Shown here: positions 33,177 through 46,100 of the stretch, one piece after another
Numbering within the stretch: position 1 is the stretch's first letter
How the letters are laid out: every line of letters starts with the position of its first letter
Assembly: GCA_048128005.1 (NCBI GenBank)
Contig: JBEUKZ010000075.1
Span: 124,001-188,000 of the forward strand
Direction of reading: 5' to 3'
DNA: 64,000 bases
From: Veleropilina oligotropha
Taxonomy: Eukaryota
Notes under the pieces: generated by a model
What the model saw: only the letters and a program-made list of their open reading frames with translations
What the model was told of the DNA's origin: nothing
Databases searched by the model: none
Translations under genes and position numbers: made by a program

Positions 33177-33678
33177 CTAATTATATGTTGTTAACTGCAT
33201 CTATACATAATTTTGTATGCATGATATTACCTAATTAATTAACTAACAAACTATATCTAAATATACCACAAAATCAATTCGTACCGTGTGTTGTGACCAT
33301 TTCTCTACCTACGAGAGCCGCACAACGTTCACAGGTGCTGCCATTTGCATTACAGGTGATTTCAATTACATAACAGTCGATGATATAATAATCTGTTAAA
33401 AGTTATCTCCTTACATCACTTCATGAGGCCTATTATATCCATGATAAATCAGACCAATAACAAAGACAAAGTACGTTAGGCCGTTACATTCTGGCCCCTA
33501 ATTGACGAGATACTTCGAATCAATTTAACAACAATGACGAGGCCTAACAAAACAAATCAAAATTAATACATACATTATGTCACCATAAAAGGCGTGGCTT
33601 ATCGGTATAATGAATAAATACTTTTAAGCCTCACAATTAAGACAGTTTTACGGAATATGCGGTAATAGACGTTACATT

Positions 33679-36600
33679 CTATTCATATTGTTTGGCTTCA
33701 GATATAAGACATAACTTAGATATGGGGCGTCTCAAAACACCAGATTTGGTCTTTACATCAACAATTATAACTAGACCATTTTTGTCCTTAATGACTGTTA
33801 CGACTCGACCGAGGGACAAAGTGTTTCTGGGCGTATTGTCTACTATCAATACAACGTCATCAATTTCAAGATTTCTGTTAGGAAACAGCCATTTCTCTCT
33901 AGTTTGAAGCAAAGGGACATATTCTTTGACACATCTTGACCAAAAGACGTTTGCTAAATATTGGACTTGTCGCCAGCGTTTTCTAGCATACGAATCGTGA
34001 CTCTCGAACACTCCTGGAGATGGTTGTTGTTCTGGGTCAAGGAGTAGCAGGTGATTCGGCGTGAGAGGTTGGAGATCAGTTAGATCAACTGGTACTTCGG
34101 TGAGGGGCCTTGAAGTAATGATAGCCTCGACTTCGCAAAATAAAGTTGCTAGAAGTTGATCATCCAGTTGGTTCGTTTGCAGCTTCATCAGTGAATAAAG
34201 TATCTTACGAATATAACGTATCATACGTTCCCACACTCCTCCGTGATGAGATCCTGAAGGTGGATTGTATGTCCATTGTATTCATTTTTGTAATAACTCA
34301 TTGTTGATCTGAGATTGATTCCAGTCTTTGATGGCTGATCTGAGTTCATGATCACATCCTACAAGGTTTGTGCCGTTGCCTGACCACATTATTTCTACAG
34401 CTCCTCTTCTGGCAATGAACCTGCGCAGGGCGTTTATGCAAGAATCTGTAGTGAGTGAATGAGACATTTCCAAATGAACCGCACGCGTGTTCAGACACGT
34501 AAATATTACGCCATATCTTTTCACAATGGATCGGCCACGTTTCACCTCGAACGGACCAAAGTAATCAATACCGGTCCGACTGAAAGAAGGTTCACCAGGA
34601 GTGAGTCGATCAGCAGGTAAATCTGCCATTTTCTGTTGCTGGGTCTTGGCTTGATATTTCCTGCAGATTACGCATTTTGAAACCAGGCTTTTGATGGCAA
34701 TGCTTGCTCGAAGAATCCAGTACTTCTATCGAACGATGGTAAGTATAGTGTTCTTTCCGAGATGTCCTATCGACTGGTGTACATCTCTGAGGATGAGCGT
34801 ACCTATACATAACTTTGCAGGTATTATGATGGGATGCTTGGCTTGGTCAGGTATGTTGGCACGATCAAGGCGTCCTCCAACCCGAATGACATTGTCGAGC
34901 AGATCCTTTCAACTTTCCATTGGGTTTCTGCAACATATGTATATCTTCTGTGAAATGTTTGTTTTGCTCATATCTGATGATAGCGATTTCAGCAATATTC
35001 ATCTCATCAACTGTCAGAAAGTTCTTCTTATGATATTGAGAGGTATGTACTGAATCACGATTGGATGACTTCTTCATGGTAGCTTTTTCAATGAGGACCT
35101 TCTTGAGTCGTAAGAACCAGGCGACAAAACGTCGGAGCTTTGTCCGGCTGCTGCAGTGCTTCATTAAGCGATCGACTGGATGTTCAACATTGATAGTGGT
35201 AGAACAAACTTTCTTCACTTCTGGATCTTCTGTGGTTATCTCTTCATGGCCATCATAAACACGTGCCCATTCACAGCTTGGCTTCCACAGGAACTCTGGA
35301 CCACGAAACCAATATTGTGCTTTGAGGAGCTGACTCATCTTTAGATCGTTGGATGCTTCATCAGCCGGGTTGGTGTTCGTGTTGATATAGTTCCACTGCT
35401 GTATACTTGAAGAATCTCTGATGGCAGACACGCGATTAGCTACAAATGTGTGAAAGCGAGCCGCGTCGTTTGAGATGTACATCAGTACGGACGTACTGTC
35501 TGTCCAGTACAAAACTTGGTCGATGGGATGGATATTCGATCTCTTTCTGTATGATTCCAGAAATACGGATAGCTACCATTGCAGCAGTGAGTTCCATCCT
35601 CGGTATGGTCATCTGTTTCAATGGCGCAACTCTTGACTTTGCCATGAGAAGACTGCAGTAGATCTGGTTCTTTTCGTTGATTAGACGGATGTATGCTACT
35701 ACACCCTAGCCAAGGTTGCTTGCATCGGAAAATACGTGAACTTGACAAATGGAAACTTCTCCAAAGTCGATGGGCTTGTAGCATCTTTGGAATTCAAGCT
35801 GTTCCCGCAAAGGTAAGTCCACGAGTTATTGGTTCCAAAGTTTGGTGTGATTATCGGAGATCTCCTGATCCCACGGTATCTTCTGTCGACACAGATCCTG
35901 GAGTAGTATCTTTGCAGGCAAGACGAAAGGCGACGCTAATCCTAAAGGGTCATATACTGAGCTGACAAGTGAGTGGATACCTCTTCTAGTGTTGGAAGCG
36001 TTCCGCAGACGAATCCGGAAACCCAGTGTGTCATTTTCGACGCTCCAGAAGACACCCAGTGCACGTTCAGAGGGGATGGTGTTGAATTTCAAATCAAGTG
36101 CCGTAATGCCTTTAGCTCGATGCTCTGTAGGAATGGAATTAATGAGCTGACGGCTGTTGCTCACCCATTTTGTCAAGTTGAAACCACCCTTCCGGGTAAG
36201 TGAAATGAGATCCTGCATGTATCTTCTTCGGTGGGGACAGACTTTAACATGTCGTCGACATAGAAATTCCTTACAACAGTGTTGATGACCGAAGTATCAT
36301 ATTCTCCTGAATTGTCTTTAGCTGTCTGTTGTAGTGCTGCATTGGCACAGCTAGGTGAGGCCACACTGCCGAAGAGATGAATTTTCATTCTAATTATCTG
36401 TGGCTCACATTGAAGATCATCGTTGGGCCACCATAGGAAACGTAGCATGTCATAATCTGCTGGGGGTACTCTAACTTGATAGTACATAGATTCGATGTCT
36501 TCCATCACAGCGATAGGCTCCTGTCTGAATCGCAGGAGAACTCCAATTAAGTTGTTGGCCATGTCAGGTCCTGGTAACAACATGTTGTTAAGCGAGATGC

Positions 36601-38837
36601 CTTCATATACAGCTGAACAATCAAAAACAACTCGAAACTTTTCAGGTTTCATAGGGCGATGCACACCGTGGTGTGGGATGTACCACACCCTACCATCTTT
36701 GCGATTTATTTCCTCTTCGGAACCCTTTTCGGCGTAGTCCTTTTCTAGGATCCCTGTCATGAAAGCTTTATCGTCTTCAAAGAACTTTGTATCCTTCTTC
36801 AAACGTTTATGTAGGCTGCTAAAACGCTTTCGAGCTTGGAAGAAGTTGTCTGGTAGCTGGATACCATTGTCTCTAAAAGGTAAGTTGATGGAATAATGAC
36901 CGTCTTCGAGCTTGATCGAGTTTTGAACCTTCTGCATCCATATATTGTCTTCCTTTGACCACTCTCTTTTGTCATATTGGCATCTTTCAGGAAAATCGAA
37001 ATTCATCGACTCTCGAACAAGTCTGTCTAGGGTTTTGAGTTGTTCTGCTTCCTCTATGGCGATGATTTCTGTTCTATTAACAGAGAAACTGGAATTGTCT
37101 CTGCTTCTGTCTTCTTCATCATCGTCTCGACGCAAACTCCAATAATACAACCTAGACGGGTCCTGGTAGCATGTGGTGATCCGGAAATTCCAGTGCGTAA
37201 GTCATGAGGTGTATAAGCATCTGGAACATTGTTGCCGATCAACAAACCAACTGCACCATCGATCTGTGGTAGCTGAATGTCTTTCAGATGAGGCCACTTC
37301 AGTAAGTCTTTGGATGTGGGAATCTGGTATCTGGAAACAGGAATTATATTCTTAGTGTATACCGTAGGGAGCTGGACTGCGTTTTTCATATCAAGGTCAC
37401 AAAGCTGAAGTCCATTCACCATCAGTGTGTTGATCGTGTGCTGTGGACCCATGGTATCAAGTGTAATCTTCATCCTCTTCCCGTTACCTCCTAGTTCGTC
37501 CAATAGGGACTGGGTGCAAAAGTTCACACTACTTCCGGGATCCAGGAAAGCGTACGTGGATATACACTTCAGACCATTGCTTCTTTTCACCACCACTGTA
37601 ATGATTGTCATGGTGTTGCTAGAGGCAACAGTACCTGTACGTCTGGTAGGAAGACTGGCATATGCGCTTGTGACTTCTTGGTTACACGGTTTCTTCATTG
37701 TAGATGAATCACTTTTGATTGTCGGATCGTCGACGTGACAAGCTGTGGGGTGTTTACCTTGGCAGGTTGAGCAAATTGATCCGACTTTGCATGCTCTGTT
37801 CATGTGTCCTTGACGCAGACATCCAACACACATACCGTTAGACTTCAGAAAATTCAATCTGGTACCTATATCTTGTTGTTGAAACTTTCTGCAAACATCA
37901 AAGCAATGATTAGAACCTTCACAAAACAAACATGGGTTTACAGTAGATCTAGGCTTATTACACGGTTCATTGGGTTTGCGTTCATATAAGGAATTAACTT
38001 GAGCCTTCGAGCTTGATTGCTCATCAGTTACACTTGTTGCAAATGAACCTTTAGCAAATGGTTTACTCTTTTGTTGTGATCGGGTTTTCCTGTTTTAGCA
38101 TACGTTTGCCATACACAGGATCATTAGCCTTCTTGGCTTAGCATTTCACAAAATTAACCAAATGATCAAAATTAATTTGTTCGTTTCTATTGTTAATGGC
38201 ATATATAACATTTCTCCACTTATCTTGAAGGTAGTAAGGAAGTTTGCTAACTATCTTTCTCATGTTATCAGGATACTCTAATACCTTGACAGCTGGAATA
38301 CTGGTGAGAGCATGTGAACATTCGGACAGAAATATCGACAATTCATCGATAGCCTTACTATTGTCAGGCTTAATAACTGACCAACTGAGTGCAGCTTCAC
38401 AAAGGCATTTGCTACAATTTGATCATTACCATATCTATCATCTAGCTCTTTTCTAATCAACGGATACCCAACTGATGCATCTAAATAGCAATACCCTGAC
38501 ACAATCTTATTGGATTCACCATCTGTGAACTGTTCAAGATAGTTAAGTTTTTCATCATCTGAATCAGTGTTGTAACAGACTTTCGTTTCGAATTGCCTAA
38601 TGAATTTTTTATACTCAAAAGGATCACCAGAAAATTTCTTAATCTCTGGTTGAGGATTTCTCAGATTTTTAACAACGGACTCTATAATACATACAGAAGA
38701 ATCAATAGGCCTACTTGTTATCATGGCTTAACCAGGGGACGTAACTGTGTTATCGCATGATGGATTAAATGGGATAGCTGTTGGATTCAACACAGACTTA
38801 TCAACATATGCATCTGATTTTGTTGTGTGTGTCACGT
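33679..38837 (-). pseudogene. BEL/Pao gag-pol (gag C-terminal part, protease, RT, RNase H, integrase), multiply frameshifted
   Basis: FSGDP gag; AFLDPGS protease; WYIPHHGV..RVVFD, NFYVDD RT; WTDSTSVL..FVANRV RNase H; GIDYFGPF, VHLE, LTPNHLL integrase. Confidence 0.93.
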
Positions 38838-40689
38838 AATTAGGGCTTCAAGCCTTCAAGCCTTTCAGGCTTGAAGACCTATTGTTATTGCTAAACCTTT
38901 TTTTATTATTAGGGCTTCAAGCTTCAGGCTTGAAGACCTATTGTTATTGCTAAACCTTTTTTTTATTTTATTATTATTTGTCCGTATTTTGTTCCACCGA
39001 AATCTCAAAAACTATAAAAGGCATGAACTTGAAACTTAGCATATATGTACCTACCGTATTGAAGTAGTGCTGGAAAAATTTTCAGTTTGGTGGCGCCACC
39101 GGTTTGGCGGCCATCTGGTTTTATGCAAATATTTAAAAAACGCCATTTTGCTAATAACTTTGTTAAGACTTCAGCTAGAGCAATGAACTTCAATATGTAA
39201 GTTAATAGGTATATACTGGTCATCCCTGTGAAGCCAAGTCATAACTTTTGCAATTAGGTCAGCCGCCATCTTGGAATTTGCGTTTGCGCCCATTGCTAAA
39301 AAAGTCTCTGTAGAATTTTTCTGAAACTTGGAAGAATGCTTTGCCTATCATCTACTTAAAGTCTGTTAATAGATGGATTCTGAAAAATCGTTTTAAGTGC
39401 CTCGTTTTGAGATATTCCCGATAATGGCGGCCTTTAACAATGAATTTGGTAAAAACCTATTTTCGTCAAATCGAACAAAATTCACTTTTTTTTCTTGTAA
39501 ATATGCACCATTGATGTTATTAAGTAAATACGAGTAAAAAAAATGATTAAAATATGAGAAATGTGAAATTTAGAAGCATTTTAAAAATTTGACAAATCAA
39601 TATGCAACAACGGGCCATAAATCGGTAACCACTGACACCAGACAGCTCAAAGTGTAACAAGTGACAGAGAGGGACAGTATTAACAACTCTGTAGATTTAC
39701 ATTCAGTGTTAGAGAGAATTTATAGCAATAATGTTTGCTCCGAAGTTAAAATAATTGATTCGTTGCGATATCTCTTATAAATCTTTTTTTACATAACATA
39801 GAGTCACTTAATTTACGTTGATAAGGAAGAAGAAAGAAATCTATAATACCCGAAAATTTCATGCAAATCCGTTCATTAATTATTGATTTATCGCAAGTTA
39901 AGTTTGACAACTTCGGCGATGTTTTGCTGAAATTGACAAATTCGGAAAATGTCGCCACTTAATTATAAGTATGATAAATCAACGAGCTATTCTGCAGTCC
40001 TTCTTATGGTCGAGTGGCAGAGTGCTCACGAACGACTAATGGACTAGCAACCAAACCAATATATAAGGGTTCAAATCCTGTGAAGAATGACAAAATAATT
40101 ATTCTAAATTTATTTTATTTCTTCGGATTGCACATGTAACTTCAGATATTTTTATGATACCAAATGCGTACTTGTTAGAGCTCATTTGGTTTTAAAAAAT
40201 GTATCTAACATCCTCGTTTTGAGGAATTAACTGACGGCATTACTGAAATTGTTTAAAGTGGCTAAATCTTTTAAATGGTTTATCTTACTCATATAGTTAC
40301 TATTGAGCACCTATGGGAAGTCATGGGTGACTTTTCAAATATGACCTTGACCTTTGACCTCAGATGAACTACTTAGCTGCAATTGACCTAATTTTGAAAT
40401 TTGACATGAAATAATGTGCAGTTGACAATTTGAAGACATTTGATAACATATTTCCAATTTTGAGAAACAGGAAGTGACTAAAACGCCATTATTGAAATTG
40501 TTTAAAATCGTTATATCTTGCAAACGGTACATCTTAGACATATTGTTACTATTGGGCACCAATGGGAAATCAAGGATGAACTTTCAAATGTGACATTGAC
40601 CTTTGACCTCAGTTGACCTAGATCCTTGATATTGAAGATAGGAAGTTAAAATTCGATGTGTAGGTATATGTCATGTGCAAAAGGTGTCT

Positions 40690-41900
40690 GTAAGAATCTC
40701 AACTAGATGGTGCCACCGATTTGTCGGCCATCTTGAATTTTCAAGATTTTGAAGATGGAAAGTTCAAATTTGGTTTTTAGGTATATATGGTGTATAACAG
40801 AAACCTGAAAACATTACAGCTGTTTAGCACTTCCGGTGTGGCGGCCATCTTGGATTTCCAAGGTATGATAGATAGAAGGTTAAAATTTGATTTGTAGGTA
40901 GATGTGGTGTTAAATAGATACCAGTTAACATTTCAGCTGTGTGACGTCACTGGTTTATCGGCCATCTTGAATTTCCAAGATTTTGAAGATAGAAAGTTCA
41001 AATTTGGTTAATAGGTGCCTATGGTGTTTAATAGAAGATTGAAAACATTACGGCTGTTTAGCACTTCCGGTGTGGCGGCCATCTTGGATTTCCAAGATAT
41101 TATAGATAGAAGGTTAAAATTTGATTTGTAGGTAGATGCCTGTAAACATTTCAAATGTGTGACGTCACTGGTTTGTCGGCCATCTTGAATTTCCAAGATT
41201 TTGAAGATAGAAAGTTCAAATTTGGTTAATAGGTGCCTATGGTGTTTAATAGAAGATTGAAAACATTACAGCTGTTTAGCACTTCCGGTGTGGCGGCCAT
41301 CTTGGATTTCCAAGATATTATAGATAGAAGGTTAAAATTTGATTTGTAGGTAGATGTGGTGTTAAATAGATGCCTGTTAACATTTCAGCTGTTTGACGCC
41401 ACTGGTTTGTCGGCCATCTTGAATTTCCAAGATTTTAAAGATAGAAAGTTCAAATTTGGTTAATAGGTGCCTATGGTGTTTAATATAAGATGGAAAACAT
41501 TACAGCTGTTTAGCACTTCCGGTGTGGCGGCCATTTTGGGTTTCCAAGATATTATAGATAGAAGGCTAAAATTTGATTTGTAGGTATATTTGGAGTTAGA
41601 TAGATGCCTGTAAACATTTCACATATGTGACGTCACTGGTATGGTAGCCATCTTGAATTTCCAAGATTTTGAAGATGGAAAGTTCAAATTTGGATTTTAG
41701 GTACATATGGTGTTTAATAGAAGCCTGAAAACATTACAGCTGTTTAGCGCTTCAGGTCTGGCGGCCATCTTGGATTTCCAAGATTTTATAGATAGAAGGT
41801 TAAAATTTGATTTGTAGGTAGATTTGGTGTTAAATAGATGCCTGTAAACATTTCAGATGTGTGACGTCACACATATGGTGGCCATCTTGGATTTACAGGA
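40690..41900. repeat. ~120-bp alternating tandem subrepeats in the A unit (repeated at ~45980-46960)
   Basis: Recurrent GGCCATCTTGRATTTCCAAGAT... Confidence 0.85.
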
Positions 41901-43039
41901 TATAATTTGAACTGGATTGTTTAGCTCATTAACAAAGGCTTTAGCTTGGAGCTCTATAAGCTGATTTAATTAGGGCTTCAAGCTTCAGGCTTGAAGACCT
42001 ATTGTTATTGCTAAACCTTTTTTTATTATTTGTCCGAATTTTGTACCACCGAAATCTCAAAAACTATAAAAGGCATGAACTTGAAACTTAGCATATATGT
42101 ACCTACCGTATTGAAGTAGTGCTGGAAAATTTTTCAGTTTGGTGGCGCCACCGGTTTGGCGGCCATCTGGTTTTATGCAAATATTTAAAAAACGCCATTT
42201 TGCTAATAACTTTGTTAAGACTTCAGCTAGAGCAATGAACTTCAATATGTAAGTTAATAGGTATATACTGGTCATCCATGTGAAGCCAAGTCATAACTTT
42301 TGCAATTAGGTCAGCCGCCATCTTGGAATTTGCGTTTGCGCCCATTGCTAAAAAAGTCTCTGAAGAACTTTTCTGAAACTTGGAAGAATGCTTTGCCTAT
42401 CATCTACTTAAAGTCTGTTAATAGATGGATTCTGAAAAATCGTTTTAAGTGCCTCGTTTTGAGATATTCCCGATAATGGCGGCCTTTAACAATGAATTTG
42501 GTAAAAACCTATTTTCGTCAAATCGAACAAAATTCACTTTTTTTTCTTGTAAATATGCACCATTGATGTTATTAAGTAAATACGAGTAAAAAAATGATTA
42601 AAATATTCGAAATGTGAAGTTTGCAACAATTCAAAATGATTACATTTGAAATCCTCTCTCAGGGGCACTAACTCCAATAATACATGAAGCACATCACTCA
42701 AATTTGGCATACTAATAGAGCAGGTCAATATGAACAACTTTATCGCTGATATGTATGGTGTTCCAGCAACTTCATAGCGTTGTTTTTCCATCCAAAGTTT
42801 GTAAAGTCGACTCTTTGCGACATTCTTAATATCTCTTTAACCAAGTTATCGAACTATTCTAAATTTCCACCATCAAGTAAGATGCCAATACACTACATAT
42901 ACTGAAAATTTGAAGAAATTATGATACGTATTTCCAAAGTTGGAGCGAGTTAAACAATGCGCATCATCGCGAAGTGCCCGGTTGAAATTATGGTAGTGAA
43001 AGCATATGTAGTTATTTTGAGGTCAACTTAATGAGCTCA

Positions 43040-43107
43040 CTCGTGGCGCAGTGGTAGCGTTCTAGACTCCCAATTGGGAGGACCCGGGTTCGAATCACGA
43101 TATGTCA
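43040..43107 (+). pseudogene. tRNA-derived segment (Trp/Gly-like) inside the B unit; further copies at 43201-43270 and ~48134-48202
   Basis: A box TGGCGCAGTGG, B box GGTTCGAATC; stems poorly paired. Confidence 0.65.
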
Positions 43108-46100
43108 AAAATATATTTTTGTGATTTTATGCATTTTTACAATTGTTTATGTGTAGCATGTCACTAGATGGTGTTATTTTGAGGTCAATTTAATGAGCTC
43201 ACTCGTAGAGCAATGGTATCGTTCTAGACTCCCAATGTGAGAGGACCTGGGTTCGAATCTCGATATGGCAAAAATATATTTTCTGATTTTTAAATGGCAA
43301 TATCTCTAAAACTGTTGCAGCTAGAGTAACGATATTTCATATTTAGGTGCATATGCCGATGCCCTTGCTATAGAAACCAATCTTGGCCAGATCGGTTAAT
43401 TAGGTCATCCGACATCTTTGATTGAATTTTCAAAATTCTTTAACAGCTAATATCTTCAATAATATTGTAGCTAGAGACATGGTTACTATGGGAAGTCATG
43501 GGTGGGTATTCCAAATCCACTTTGACCTTTGACCTCAGGTGACCTATTTAAGGAAAAATGCCTATTTGGACGATATAAAATGGTCAGGCTACTACCCAGC
43601 GTAGTTCTCGAGATATCTCCATATCTCTGATGAATTTTTCTGAAAATTGGAAGAATGCTTCATCTATCAACTACTTAAATACTGTAAAAAGATGGGTTCT
43701 TAAAATTGTTTTAAGCGCCTCGTTTTGAGATCTAAATGATTTGGGCGGCCATTTTGAATTCATTAAATGGATATACCTCTAAAACTGTTACAGCTACAGT
43801 ATTGCTATTTAATGTGAAGGTATTTTGGACTGATTCATTAAACTTCACCCTTTTTAATACAGATTTCAGATATCCAAGTCCTGGATGGCATCACTGATCA
43901 TAAACAAATCCGTAATCAATCAGGATAGACCTAGAATTGCCAGGGTGGCCATTACATGATTTGTTTACACAAGCAATATCTCGCAAATTATGCACTGTAG
44001 ACACTAGTTACCATAGGGAGCCTATATGAGGTCATGGGCAATCTTTCAAATGTGACCTTGACCTTTGACTTCCGATGACCTTTTGACCTATATATGACGT
44101 ATATGTTAAATATTGACCTTGCAGGCGAGTTTTTCACATCAGTGGTATAGGTAAAGCACATTGGACATGAATGTCAAGTATGGGGTTCGATTGCAACTAC
44201 TGCAGCCACCACGGTTCCGACTTGAAGCCCTCACAGCTGCTTGCAGCTTTAATTATTATTATTATTTGTCTTAATTTTGTACCACCGAAATCTCAAAAAC
44301 TATAAAAGGCATGAACTTGAAACTTAGAATATATGTACCTAAAGTATTGAAGTAGTGCTTGAAAATTTTTCAGTTTGGTGGCGCCTCCGGTTTGGCGGCC
44401 ATCTGGTTTTATGCAAATATTTAAGAAACGCCATTTTGCTAATAACTTTGTTAAGACTTCAGCTAGAGCAATGAACTTCAATATGTAAGTTAATAGGTAT
44501 ATACTGGTCATCCCTGTGAAGCTAAGTCATAACTTTTGCAATTAGGTCAGCCGCCATCTTGGAATTTGCGTTTGCGCCCATTGCTAAAAAAGTCTCTGAA
44601 GAATTTTTCTGAAACTTGGAAGAATGCTTTGCCTATCATCTACTTAAAGTCTGTTAATAGATGGATTCTGAAATATCGTTTTAAGTGCCTCGTTTTGAGA
44701 TATTCCCGATAATGGCGGCCTTTAACAATGAATTTGGTAAAAACCTATTTTCGTCAAATCGAACAAAATTCACTTTTTTTTCTTGTAAATATGCACCATT
44801 GATGTTATTAAGTAAATACGAGTAAAAAAAATGATTAAAATATGAGAAATGTGAAATTTAGAAGCATTTTAAAAATTTGACAAATCAATATGCAACAACG
44901 GGCCATAAATCGGTAACCACTGACACCAGACAGCTCAAAGTGTAACAAGTGACAGAGAGGGACAGTATTAACAACTCTGTAGATTTACATTCAGTGTTAG
45001 AGAGAATTTATAGCAATAATTTTTGCTCCGAAGTTAAAATAATTGATTCGTTGCGATATCTCTTATAAATCTTTTTTACATAACATAGAGTCACTTAATT
45101 TACGTTGATAAGGAAGAAGAAAGAAATCTATAATACCCGAAAATTTCATGCAAATCCGTTCAGTAATTATTGATTTATCGCAAGGTAAGTTTGACAACTT
45201 CGGCGATGTTTTGCTGAAATTGACAAATTCGGAAAATGTCGCCACTTAATTATAAGTATGATAAATCAACGAGCTATTCTGCAGTCCTTCTTATGGTCGA
45301 GTGGCAGAGTGCTCACGAATGACTAATGGACTAGCAACCAAACCAATATATAATGGTTCAAATCCTGTGAAGAATGACAAAATAATTTTTCTAAATTTAT
45401 TTTATTTCTTCGGATTGCACATGTAACTTCAGATATTTTTATGATACCAAATGCGTACTTGTTAGAGCTCATTTGGTTTTAAAAAATGTATCTAACATCC
45501 TCGTTTTGAGGAATTAACTGACGGCATTACTGAAATTGTTTAAAGTGGCTAAATCTTTTAAATGGTTTATCTTACTCATATAGTTACTATTGAGCACCTA
45601 TGGGAAGTCATGGGTGACTTTTCAAATATGACCTTGACCTTTGACCTCAGATGAACTACTTAGCTGCAATTGACCTAATTTTGAAATTTGACATGAAATA
45701 ATGTGCAGTTGACAATTTGAAGACATTTGATAGCATATTTCCAATTTTGAGAAACAGGAAGTGACTAAAACGCCATTATTGAAATTGTTTAAAATCGTTA
45801 TATCTTGCAAACGGTACATCTTAGACATATTGTTACTATTGGGCACCAATGGGAAATCAAGGATGAACTTTCAAATGTGACATTGACCTTTGACCTCAGT
45901 TGACCTAGATCCTTGATATTGAAGATAGGAAGTTAAAATTCGATGTGTAGGTATATGTCATGTGCAAAAGGTGTCTGTAAGAATCTCAACTAGATGGCGC
46001 CACCGATTTATCGGCCATCTTGAATTTTCAAGATTTTGAAGATGGAAAGTTCAAATTTGGTATTTAGGTATATATGGTGTATAATAGAAACCTGAAAACA

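Noticed and set aside
43040..43107. Functional tRNA gene
   Set aside because: Acceptor and anticodon stems pair poorly, and it lies inside a repeated mobile element
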